Below, piece by piece: positions 21,836-30,838 of a stretch of 58,297 nt of DNA. The DNA is from Roseivirga sp. Its GTDB lineage: Bacteria > Bacteroidota > Bacteroidia > Cytophagales > Cyclobacteriaceae. The notes beneath the pieces were generated by a model. The model saw only the letters and a program-made list of their open reading frames with translations, ran no database searches and had not been told where the DNA came from. The position numbers and the translations under genes are program-made. How positions within the stretch are numbered: the first letter of the stretch is position 1; each line of letters begins with the position of its first letter. Location: positions 1 through 58,297 of the forward strand of contig CBFHYE010000147.1 in NCBI GenBank assembly GCA_965659985.1. Reading direction: 5' to 3'.

Positions 21836-22953
21836 TCCATCACACCATACTTCCTCAAGATCTCTAAAACCTCTTCTTTTGGCAGTGCCTTTCTTTCGTT
21901 GTCATTGACTCCTGTCATATCTTCGGCAGCGAATAAAGAATTGATGATTGCTTCCTCCGTTGCTTCGATAGTCGCCATAAATAGGGGAGACATCTTCTCA
22001 TTGCGCAAAGGAGTACCTTTGTCAAAAAATCCTCTTGAACCGTTTGGTATGCGCATGCTTTCTGCGGTAGAAACCGCAATTACGTAGTCACCAGATCCGT
22101 TTGAAGCAATACCACCTGTTTTGGCCAGACCCATCATGGCTCTTTTGGCTACTCGCTTTAATTGTCGGGCATCTAATGGTGCATTGGTCATTACAACCAT
22201 CATACATGAGCCATCACTTTTTTCTATTGCATTTTTAAACGGATAGGTGTTCAATTCTTTACCGACAGGTGCGCCAGCGATGGTGAGGTTCCCTCCAAAA
22301 TTGGTTTGTACAAGTACACCAACTATGTATCCTCCTAAGTCTTCGGGAATAACTCGTGATGAGGTTCCAATTCCACCTTTAAAGCCGAAGGCTGATGTAC
22401 CAGTACCAGCACCCACGTTTCCTTCTTCAATGAGGCCGGCCTCAGCGTTTTGAATCGCTTCAATGACATGAGTATCCTTGACATGCATTCCTCTAATATC
22501 ATTCAGGTATCCATCATTGGTTTCTCCTACGACCGCATTTACCGATCTCACATTTTTGTTACCGGGAAGTCCTAAAGTGTATTTAACGGCACCTTGAATA
22601 CCCATTGGGACACTTAAAGTATTGGTTAGAATGATCGGTGTTTCCAGGTTGCCTAATTCTTCCACTTGACTTATGCCCGCAAGCTTACCATAGCCATTGC
22701 CGATGTAGATAGCTGCTGGCACTTTTTCTTGATAAAGGTCACTTCCATGAGGTAAAATAGCCGTTACTCCTGTTCGTATATACTGTCCTTCGATCATTGT
22801 AACTTGTCCTACTTTGACCCCAGGAACATCCGTGATCATGTTCAATTGACCAGGCTTCATTACACCAATTTGGATTCCAAGCTCTCTTGGTCTTTGTGCA
22901 AAGATGTTTTGTGAAAAAATGATGAATATGAATAGAAGAATACTTGATCTCAT
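21832..22953 (-). CDS. DmpA-like aminopeptidase (peptidase P1/S58 family)
   Basis: Signal peptide, NxITDVPGVKVG, EGNVGAGTG, GFKGGIGTSSR, G-S autocleavage site (DGSC) and GSGD. Confidence 0.9.
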   Translation of the reverse strand: MRSSILLFIFIIFSQNIFAQRPRELGIQIGVMKPGQLNMITDVPGVKVGQVTMIEGQYIRTGVTAILPHGSDLYQEKVPAAIYIGNGYGKLAGISQVEELGNLETPIILTNTLSVPMGIQGAVKYTLGLPGNKNVRSVNAVVGETNDGYLNDIRGMHVKDTHVIEAIQNAEAGLIEEGNVGAGTGTSAFGFKGGIGTSSRVIPEDLGGYIVGVLVQTNFGGNLTIAGAPVGKELNTYPFKNAIEKSDGSCMMVVMTNAPLDARQLKRVAKRAMMGLAKTGGIASNGSGDYVIAVSTAESMRIPNGSRGFFDKGTPLRNEKMSPLFMATIEATEEAIINSLFAAEDMTGVNDNERKALPKEEVLEILRKYGVMD

Positions 22954-23040
22954 TGAGCCAAGTTAAGATTTTGTGTGCAATTAAGTTTCTCCGACTGCTT
23001 GTGTTCTTTAAGCCAAGAACCTAAATGAGATAGAAGGCAG

Positions 23041-23070
23041 AAAAAAAGCTGATGGTTAAATCAGCTTTTC
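23041..23070 (-). terminator. Intrinsic terminator downstream of the USP gene
   Basis: AAAAGCTGAT/ATCAGCTTTT inverted repeat. Confidence 0.75.
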
Positions 23071-23073
23071 TCA

Positions 23074-23994
23074 TTAGATCTCTTTGATCAGGTCAATTAT
23101 ACCTGCATTCTTTCCTTTTGGCCTGACGACCATCATCGGTATTTCACTATTGTATTGTATAAGCTGCTCTGCGCGGCTACCAATAAAGAGCGCAGTGGTT
23201 GCTGTTCTTCCTTTTACACCGATAATGATGGCACTTGGCTTATGTTCTTGTGCAAAATCTATGATGTCTGTTACGGGATTGTCATTCGTATCTAGTGAAT
23301 AAACCACTTCCAAAGGAATGCCTTCATGATCTATGTTAGACATGAAATGTTTGTATTCTTTTTCCGCATTTTTCTTCATGATCTCGGCAAACTCCTCGTA
23401 AGTCTTGCCGCTGTAATGATAACCGCCAGGAACCGTATAGACGTTTTGGCAAATGATCTTCATGTTATGGTACTTCCTCGAGATCTTGATGGCCTCTTCC
23501 ATAGCAATCTTCGAATGTTCTGAAAAATCACAAGGAACGTGTAGTAGCTCGAGATTTAGCTCTGCCTCTTCAGGTACTATGAAGATAGAACAGTTGGCAC
23601 GTCTAGCCAATCGACTAGATAGCACACCTCCACCAATAAAATCTTTATGCCTGCCCATCAAAACTAAATCGATCTTTTGCTTTTCAACAAAGCGTAAGAT
23701 GGCCTTTGATGGCGCTCCTTCTTTGACATGGAATTTAGTGATTTTGAAAAGCTTTTCAGATAACGACTCTTTGGCCAGCGTGCGCAATTGAGATATTCTA
23801 TCTTCAATGGCTTTTTCTTTGATTTCAGGAAAATCACTCAATACCTGATCAGGAATTCTCATTTCACTGATGCTGTTGAAAAAGTGAATTTCTTTGGTTT
23901 CACTATTCGTTGCAATAGGCTCTAGAAACTTCATCAATGTCTTATCGGCATCGGAAGTATCCATCAGAACCATTATTTTCTCTCTAGTAGGCAT
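23074..23994 (-). CDS. Tandem-domain universal stress protein
   Basis: Two USP domains (DLVLMG...; VPCDFS...IIIGVKGRT...GSRAE). Confidence 0.88.
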   Translation of the reverse strand: MPTREKIMVLMDTSDADKTLMKFLEPIATNSETKEIHFFNSISEMRIPDQVLSDFPEIKEKAIEDRISQLRTLAKESLSEKLFKITKFHVKEGAPSKAILRFVEKQKIDLVLMGRHKDFIGGGVLSSRLARRANCSIFIVPEEAELNLELLHVPCDFSEHSKIAMEEAIKISRKYHNMKIICQNVYTVPGGYHYSGKTYEEFAEIMKKNAEKEYKHFMSNIDHEGIPLEVVYSLDTNDNPVTDIIDFAQEHKPSAIIIGVKGRTATTALFIGSRAEQLIQYNSEIPMMVVRPKGKNAGIIDLIKEI

Positions 23995-24074
23995 GGTATC
24001 AATTTACAATGCAAAATTAGTGTTATTCAGAGATTAATGTATGCTTTTTAGTAAGTCTTTCGCTGAAAGAATGC

Positions 24075-25157
24075 TCAACCGATTGCATTGAGGGTGTCAA
24101 CCAGTAGTTCGATCTGCTCTTTAGAATGGGTAGGAAATGAAGCGATTCGAATTTGCCTGCCCTTATGAACTCCATATCCGTTACCAATCACGAATCCTTT
24201 TTCATTCAAGGCTTTGATTAGAACATTTGAATCACTTTCCGTATCAGCGACAACCACTGTTTTTGATCGAATTGACCTGTCCTTTACAAAATGAGAGAGT
24301 AGTTCGTGTTGGTCGACAGTATGCTGAAGAAGCGAAGCTTTGTAATTGGCCTCTCGTCTGATCACATCTAGTCCTTTTTCAAGCATATCACCCGAAACTT
24401 TACTTAAAAGAAAAATATCGAGCACGTTGGTGGTATAGGTTGTCTGGTACTTATTAGCATTTTTCAAAAGATTAGGGATCGCCTGATAAGCCCCAATTGA
24501 ATGTCCTTGAGCCAATTTCTGACTAGCCTTCTCAATGGCGCGAGGACTTAAGATCCAAACACCGAGGCCAGCTGGCAAACCAAAGCACTTTTGTACTGAA
24601 AAATAAGCAGAGTCTACAGCAGAGAAGTCTAAATCAATGACCGGGAATGCTGAAACACCATCAACTGCTATTAACGCATTGGGTCTTTCCTTTTTTAATT
24701 CAGTGATTCGCTCAGTAGGGAAGCTAACTCCCGTACTTGTTTCATTGAGTGCAAACGAAATGAGTTCGGTCTCATGAGGGATTTCCTCAAAATTGAGCGG
24801 AGGTAATGCGCCAAATTCGCATGAAGATTTTGTTGGGTTTAAGCCCAGTTTGATAGCAAAGTCATAAAAACGTTGGCTAAAGGCACCATAACAAAAGTGA
24901 TGAGAGTGCTCAATGACGAGGTTCTGTAGCTGTCTTTCCCATATCTCAGTAGCAGAGCTAAGAAAGAAGACCTGATGATCTTCAGGAATAGACATCAAGT
25001 TTTTTAAATGATCAACTGCCGTTTTGAAATAACCTTCAGCTTGAGAGCTACGGTGGTTGATTTCCATCACTTGCTGTTTCAAAGCTTCTTTGAGGTGCAT
25101 TTCTACGGTAAAGTAGAGGGCAGAAGGGCCGGGAGTGAAAAATATCTTTTTAGGCAT
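24075..25157 (-). CDS. serC: Phosphoserine aminotransferase (class V PLP enzyme)
   Basis: FTPGPS, NHRS, NETSTG, VDGVS and SVQKCFGLPAGLG motifs. Confidence 0.8.
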   Translation of the reverse strand: MPKKIFFTPGPSALYFTVEMHLKEALKQQVMEINHRSSQAEGYFKTAVDHLKNLMSIPEDHQVFFLSSATEIWERQLQNLVIEHSHHFCYGAFSQRFYDFAIKLGLNPTKSSCEFGALPPLNFEEIPHETELISFALNETSTGVSFPTERITELKKERPNALIAVDGVSAFPVIDLDFSAVDSAYFSVQKCFGLPAGLGVWILSPRAIEKASQKLAQGHSIGAYQAIPNLLKNANKYQTTYTTNVLDIFLLSKVSGDMLEKGLDVIRREANYKASLLQHTVDQHELLSHFVKDRSIRSKTVVVADTESDSNVLIKALNEKGFVIGNGYGVHKGRQIRIASFPTHSKEQIELLVDTLNAIG

Positions 25158-26337
25158 TAGCTTGACTTAATTTCTCTACATGATATTTATAGTGTTTGAC
25201 TACAAATAAGAAGTAGAAAAGCAAAGGTAGTAATAAGATGATTCCACAGATGAAGAACATGACGGCAATTCCGAAATATTCTGCGATATAACCAAGAGCA
25301 ATTGAGCCGGCACCAATCCCCATGTCTACGGCAGAAAAGAAGGTAGCATTGGCTGCTCCTCTTCGGGAATCTGGAACCATATTCAGCGCCATGGTCTGCA
25401 CGGTGGGCATGATGATGCCGTTTCCAATGCCTACCATTACACCAGTGATCATCAAGGGCCAGAAAGTAGTTATAGAACTCATGATGAAAAGACCCGCGAT
25501 CGTGATCACTATGCCTAATAAAACAAGGCCATTTGGCCCTTTTTTATCCATTACTTTTCCAACAAAAACTCTTGCCAGGATTACGCCAAGTGCCATGAAA
25601 ATGAAGAACAAGCCTCCTCTTGCTATTCCAAGTTCATCGCTATAGATGCTGATAAAGGAAATGATGGCAGCATAGGGGAATGCGCCCATAAACATGACTA
25701 GGGCCAATCGGTTTACTCTTTTCTCAAACATTTTAGAAATGCTCAATTTCGTTTCACCCGATTTGATATTAGGCATTTTAATGATCAATGCCAGAATTAA
25801 AGAAGCTACCGACACGATAGCAGCAATAGTGAAAAGTTGAGTAAATCCGGCTGTATCCACAATGAGGTCTCCCAAAAAAGGAGATATCGCAATAGAAAAG
25901 GCCATGGCCATTCCGAAATAGCCAATACCCTCGGCTCGCCTACTTTCGGGTATAAGGTCTGCCGCAATGGTACTGCCCCCTGTGGTAATGGTTCCCCAAG
26001 TAAAACCATGCAGCATGCGTATTAAAAGAAGCACATAGAAATTACCAGCAAAGTGGTAAGCGCCCATCAATATGGTGAAAATAGCCAGTGCCCATAAGTA
26101 GACAGATCTTCTGCCATAAGCATCTAATGCATAGCCGCAAAACGGTCGGATGATCAAGGCAGCTAAGGCATAGACTCCAATGATATAACCAACCTGATTC
26201 TTATTGGCATCTAAAGCATTAACTGCATATACAGGTAGTGTGGGCAGCAAAAAATAGAATGCTGCCGCCATCAAGAAATAAGAAATAAAATGAAGACCGT
26301 AATCCCTTGTGAGGATCTTATCGTTAGTTGTAGTCAA
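25150..26337 (-). CDS. MFS transporter
   Basis: About 12 TM helices, motif A (GYALDAYGRR), and RRAEGIGY / RRGAANAT. Confidence 0.9.
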   Translation of the reverse strand: MTTTNDKILTRDYGLHFISYFLMAAAFYFLLPTLPVYAVNALDANKNQVGYIIGVYALAALIIRPFCGYALDAYGRRSVYLWALAIFTILMGAYHFAGNFYVLLLIRMLHGFTWGTITTGGSTIAADLIPESRRAEGIGYFGMAMAFSIAISPFLGDLIVDTAGFTQLFTIAAIVSVASLILALIIKMPNIKSGETKLSISKMFEKRVNRLALVMFMGAFPYAAIISFISIYSDELGIARGGLFFIFMALGVILARVFVGKVMDKKGPNGLVLLGIVITIAGLFIMSSITTFWPLMITGVMVGIGNGIIMPTVQTMALNMVPDSRRGAANATFFSAVDMGIGAGSIALGYIAEYFGIAVMFFICGIILLLPLLFYFLFVVKHYKYHVEKLSQANA

Positions 26338-26458
26338 TGAATAGCGCCTTTAAACATGCAAACTAATCAAATTATTATAGAATAAGGCTGGAGTAAATTC
26401 AATGTTTAAAGGAACTTATAAATCAGTCAAAATTGTTTTAGCTCTGCCATAGCATACC

Positions 26459-26466
26459 TATGTTTG
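26459..26466 (+). promoter_or_regulatory. Bacteroidota -7 promoter box driving the ncRNA
   Basis: TATGTTTG matches TAnnTTTG, and no protein-coding gene follows on this strand. Confidence 0.6.
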
Positions 26467-26489
26467 CAATGACGAAGAGATTAAAGATA

Positions 26490-26696
26490 TCCCAAGTGAG
26501 TTTAGACTAGTTTTCGAACTTTACAATTTTAACTCAAATACCGGGTGAGTCTCTTTCAAAACAAGGCCTCAACCGTGAAGTATTGCACTTCACGGCCTCG
26601 TATCTTGTGCAGGATAACAGTGGACTGTTGCGAAATTAAGGATAGCCCAAATCTTGTCTTTAATAGAGGTTCGATCAACCTTTAAGCTTCTTGGGA
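26490..26696 (+). ncRNA. ssrS: Structured rod-shaped ncRNA, probable 6S RNA
   Basis: 5' TCCCAAGTGAGTTTAGA pairs with 3' TTTAAGCTTCTTGGGA, TCGAACTTT with AGAGGTTCGA, and GGGTGAGTCTCTT with AAGGATAGCCC. An unpaired central bubble lies between these helices, and there is an apical 9-bp hairpin. Promoter upstream, terminator downstream. Confidence 0.65.
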
Positions 26697-26702
26697 AAAT
26701 AT

Positions 26703-26733
26703 AAGAGCTCCGCTTTATGTGGAGCTTTTATTT
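26703..26733. terminator. Bidirectional intrinsic terminator
   Basis: AGCTCCGC/GTGGAGCT hairpin plus T-tract, between the ncRNA and the convergent 26728 CDS. Confidence 0.75.
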
Positions 26734-28971
26734 TATACTCTTCTTAAGAATATCGTGCATTTGATCGATCAACTCATCTGCATTTGATTTAGAAAAACAC
26801 ATCGGGGGTTTAGATTTGATCACACTATTGAAAGGCCCATCAGTGCTCACTAAAATATTTCTGTTTCTCAATTCATTTTTAATGATGTGGGCGAGCTCAG
26901 TATTCGGTGTTAGATTTTCATCTTTAATGAATTCAATACCAAGAAAAAGACCTGATCCGCGGATGTCTCCAATTTCATGAAAATCTTTCTTGAGCTGTAG
27001 AAGCAATTCTTTTTTATAGGTGCCAATGGCTAATGCATTCTGCAGAAGTGATTCTTCCTCAATAACCTCTAAAACAGCCTTACCAATCTGGCAGGAAACA
27101 GGATTGCCACCAAAGGAAGAGAAGAATTCCATACCATTATCAAATGCTTCTGCAACTGCTGAGGTGGTAACCACCGCACCCATTGGGTGTCCGTTGGCAA
27201 TAGGTTTTCCCAGAATGACTATATCGGGAGTGACTCCATGCATTTCGAAACCCCAGAAATGTGAGCCAACTCTTCCAAACCCAGTTTGTACTTCGTCACT
27301 GATTCGTAAGATGCCTTGGTCTTTTAAGCGGGGGTAAAGTTTTTTTAAGTAATCATCGGCAAGAGGAACTTGCCCTCCACAGCCAACAATGGGTTCAGCA
27401 ATAAAAGCTGCGATGTCATTTTGATCCTTGATCTTTTTGATCAATTGCTCTGCATATAGAATTCCGGCATCATCACTTTTGAATGTACCTCTATAAACAT
27501 CAGGTAAAGCTGCTTCTATAATGTGTGCTGAAGCGCCTCTACCACCTGCATTGCCATACTTGTATTGGCTTACCTCAATACCCATACGCGTATTGCCATG
27601 ATAGCCGTGTTCGAGGACGATGGTCTTGTGTTTATTTGTATAGGTTTGAGCTAATCGAAGGGCGAGGTCACTTGCCGCGCTTCCTGAGTTGACGAAATAC
27701 ACTTTGTCCAAAGAGGGAGGGAATTTAGATAAGAGTTGTTCTGCGTAATCAGCTAAGGAGTCATATAAGTATCGTGTATTGGTATTGAGGAGGGCGATTT
27801 GTTTCTGTGCAGCAGCAACTATCTTTGGATGCTGATGCCCCACATGTGGAATGTTATTATACGCATCAAGAATCCGATTTCCCTGTTTATCGAACATGTA
27901 CTGAAAGATGGCGGAATCCATGTGGATAGGGTTGTCATAGCTGATAGAAACCCCTTTGCTAATGACTCGATGTCTTCTTTGAATTAGCTCGTTTGGGGTG
28001 TTCTCTTTGGGAAGATTCAATTCGCATGATTGATAGAGCGTTTTTCGTACACGTATTGGATTGATTTGTATCCATTGCTCAAGTAGTGTCCAAGCGCCCT
28101 TTTCACTGATTTGAATGTATTCGTTATCAGGCTGTTCATTCGATTGTTCTGCCGATTTGCAAACGCTTGTCACCAATCGAGCAGCGATCAAATAATACAG
28201 TAGGTCTAATTCTATTGGTTCTAAAGCCAATTTCCGGTGATAACCTTTGGAGAGATAACCCAGCCATTTGACGGGATCAGCTTTATTCATCATGACATAA
28301 GATGCTGCTATAGCCAATTCAGCAATGAGTGCGGTATAAGATGAGTCACCCAGATCAATGATCCCAAATCCTTTTTCTTGTACAAGCACATTCCAGTCAT
28401 TAGCATCATTATGAATAATAGATTTCCGAAGTAGCGGCCATTTTGGCCAAACCTTTTCATTCCATTGAATGATAAAATGTTCAATGATTTTGCGTTTTTG
28501 AGGATCTTTAATCTGATTGGCTAAGGGGAGGACGTCATTGAAATTTTCAAGGTTCCATATGAGCCTTCGACTTTCTATTGCTGGATTTCTAAAACGAACT
28601 AGGTGAGTATCGATTTCTCCTAAAAACTCACCAAAAGAATGAATTAGCTGTTCTGAGTGCTCTTTTTCAGCTAAAAAACCTCCTTCAACAAAGGTTTGTA
28701 ACCTCCAGATTTGACCGTTTGTCTTGGTAAGGAGTTCATTATTGAGATTTGAAATAGTTCTTGAAATGGAGGTTGGTGGTAGATGATGAAGTGCCTTGAT
28801 AAGTTCTGTTTCCCCATTTATTTCAGCTTCTATGATTTTATCATCAGGATAGATTTTCAGTACATAGGATTCACTGTCTGTATCAACTCTGTAGTTTTCA
28901 CTGATGTAACCATCTAAAGGGGAGATGGAAATCGCATTTATACCAAAATGTTCTTTTAGATGCGTCTTCAT
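26728..28971 (-). CDS. Fused APH-like kinase + class III PLP enzyme (hydroxylysine kinase / phospho-lyase-like)
   Basis: N-half has HNDANDWN and IIDLGD kinase motifs. C-half has [25 protein letters not shown] and LGKPIANG. Confidence 0.85.
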   Translation of the reverse strand: MKTHLKEHFGINAISISPLDGYISENYRVDTDSESYVLKIYPDDKIIEAEINGETELIKALHHLPPTSISRTISNLNNELLTKTNGQIWRLQTFVEGGFLAEKEHSEQLIHSFGEFLGEIDTHLVRFRNPAIESRRLIWNLENFNDVLPLANQIKDPQKRKIIEHFIIQWNEKVWPKWPLLRKSIIHNDANDWNVLVQEKGFGIIDLGDSSYTALIAELAIAASYVMMNKADPVKWLGYLSKGYHRKLALEPIELDLLYYLIAARLVTSVCKSAEQSNEQPDNEYIQISEKGAWTLLEQWIQINPIRVRKTLYQSCELNLPKENTPNELIQRRHRVISKGVSISYDNPIHMDSAIFQYMFDKQGNRILDAYNNIPHVGHQHPKIVAAAQKQIALLNTNTRYLYDSLADYAEQLLSKFPPSLDKVYFVNSGSAASDLALRLAQTYTNKHKTIVLEHGYHGNTRMGIEVSQYKYGNAGGRGASAHIIEAALPDVYRGTFKSDDAGILYAEQLIKKIKDQNDIAAFIAEPIVGCGGQVPLADDYLKKLYPRLKDQGILRISDEVQTGFGRVGSHFWGFEMHGVTPDIVILGKPIANGHPMGAVVTTSAVAEAFDNGMEFFSSFGGNPVSCQIGKAVLEVIEEESLLQNALAIGTYKKELLLQLKKDFHEIGDIRGSGLFLGIEFIKDENLTPNTELAHIIKNELRNRNILVSTDGPFNSVIKSKPPMCFSKSNADELIDQMHDILKKSIK

Positions 28972-28990
28972 TTTTAAAAAGTGATTGAAA

Positions 28991-29026
28991 ATAAAAAAGC
29001 ACGAGCGAATACCCGTGCTTTTTTAT
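28991..29026 (-). terminator. Intrinsic terminator
   Basis: ATAAAAAAGCACG/CGTGCTTTTTTAT inverted repeat downstream of the amidohydrolase. Confidence 0.8.
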
Positions 29027-29041
29027 AAAGATTAAGTTTCG

Positions 29042-30784
29042 TTAGTCGTTCAACTCGAAGACTATTTCTCCATTAACGACCGTCATCACTGATTTTGCCT
29101 CTAATATCTCCATTTCCGGAACTGTCATGATGTTTTTATCAAAAACGGTGAAGTCAGCTGCTTTACCGATTTCGATCGATCCTTTAAAGTCTTCTTCGAA
29201 TTCTGCATAAGCACCATCTAGCGTATAAGATTTTAATGCCTGCGCCCGAGTCATCGCTTGATCAGCCTCAAAACCACCTTCAGGCAAACCCTCTAATGTC
29301 TTTCTAGAGATGGAAGCATAGAAAGAAGGTAGCGGATCTAATGGTTCTACTGGAGCATCTGTACCGTTACAAACAACAGCACCACCATCCATCAGTTTTT
29401 GCCATACATAGGCGCCTTCTACAATTCTCTCTTTTCCCAATCTGTCGATAGCCCATGGTCTATCCGAACTCATATGAATGGCTTGCATGGCCGCTACAAT
29501 ATTCATTTCACCGAAACGAGAAATGTCCTCTTCAGTCAAATGTTGTGCATGCTCTATTCTAAAGCGCTCTGCTCTTCTGTCGATTTCCGGATATTCGTCA
29601 AAGGCAGCTTCATAACGATCGAGGATCTCACGATTAGCGCGATCTCCAATCGCATGTGAACATACCTGAAAGCCTGATGCTAGTGCTTTTTCTGAAACGG
29701 TGGTGACCGTTTCCATTGGTAGCGTCTCGTGACCATAGTGGCCTGGTCTATCCGTATATTCTTCAAGTAACCAAGCACCTCTTGGACCTAAAGCACCATC
29801 GCAATTCAATTTGATCGAACGGACGGTATGGAAGTGATCAGGATCGATCATTGGTCCTTTCTCGTACCATTCTTCTAATAATGATGGCTGACGACCGGTG
29901 AGCATGGTATACATTCTTACTTTCAGCTTTCCTTCATCCTTGAATTTCTGTAAGCGATCGATGAATGCTTGACCCGAACCCGCATCGTGAAAGCTTGTGA
30001 TGCCCAATCTTAGGCATTCGTCAATTGCAAGTTGTAAAGCTTCTTCAGCTCTTTCTTCTGTGTCTTGAGGAACAAATTTACCAACCAAGGAAGAGGCTCT
30101 TTCTGTAAGTACTCCCGTGGGGTTCCCCAATTCATCTTTGATGATCTCACCACCTTCAACTTCTCCTTGCAGACTCTCAATGCTCAGGTTGTTAATGCCT
30201 GCGATCTCCAGTGCTTTTGCATTGGCAAATGTAGCGTGACCACTAGCGTGTCTAAGATAGACCGGATTATCAGGGCTCACCTCATTCATTTTATCGTTGG
30301 TCTGAAATCCTTTGACCATGTTATCAGGCTTTTCGATCCATTTGTCTTGATGCCAGCCTCTGCCTGTGATCCAATCGCCAGGCTCAGCCTTTTCAACGGC
30401 TTGAGCAACTTTTTCAACGAGCTCGTCATAGGTTTTGACGTACATGAGATCTAGCTCTAATTTATTGTACCCGATGCCCATCAAATGTGCATGAGATTCA
30501 ATGAATCCTGGTGTCATGGTCTTTCCGTCCAAATCAACGATCTTAGTATTAGACCCAGCTAAAGCAGAAATATCTGAGGAACTTCCAACTGCTGAGATGA
30601 GACCATCTTTTACAGCTACTGCTTCCACCTGAGGCTTGTCAGCATCTACGGTATAGACCATGCCATTAATAAAAATTGTATCTGGGCCTTCTGCGTTGCC
30701 GCATGCAAAAAGAATAAATGAGCAGGTAAGTAGAAAGGCCTGCTTCATCTTTTGAATTGATATCATAGTTTTAGTTTTAGTCAT
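29042..30784 (-). CDS. YtcJ-like amidohydrolase (Amidohydro_3), probable lipoprotein
   Basis: LFAC lipobox, PGFIESHAH, HAIGDRAN, RIEHAQ, GTDAP and GKAADF. Start codon uncertain. Confidence 0.87.
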   Translation of the reverse strand: MTKTKTMISIQKMKQAFLLTCSFILFACGNAEGPDTIFINGMVYTVDADKPQVEAVAVKDGLISAVGSSSDISALAGSNTKIVDLDGKTMTPGFIESHAHLMGIGYNKLELDLMYVKTYDELVEKVAQAVEKAEPGDWITGRGWHQDKWIEKPDNMVKGFQTNDKMNEVSPDNPVYLRHASGHATFANAKALEIAGINNLSIESLQGEVEGGEIIKDELGNPTGVLTERASSLVGKFVPQDTEERAEEALQLAIDECLRLGITSFHDAGSGQAFIDRLQKFKDEGKLKVRMYTMLTGRQPSLLEEWYEKGPMIDPDHFHTVRSIKLNCDGALGPRGAWLLEEYTDRPGHYGHETLPMETVTTVSEKALASGFQVCSHAIGDRANREILDRYEAAFDEYPEIDRRAERFRIEHAQHLTEEDISRFGEMNIVAAMQAIHMSSDRPWAIDRLGKERIVEGAYVWQKLMDGGAVVCNGTDAPVEPLDPLPSFYASISRKTLEGLPEGGFEADQAMTRAQALKSYTLDGAYAEFEEDFKGSIEIGKAADFTVFDKNIMTVPEMEILEAKSVMTVVNGEIVFELND

Positions 30785-30838
30785 TGTAATCTAAGTTAAA
30801 ACTATAGGTGATACAAATTCCCTTATTCAGACGGTGCC

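Noticed and set aside
26366-26378. AATCAAATTATTA matching the IHF consensus upstream of the MFS gene and ncRNA
   Set aside because: Such matches are expected by chance in AT-rich DNA, and the consensus comes from Proteobacteria.
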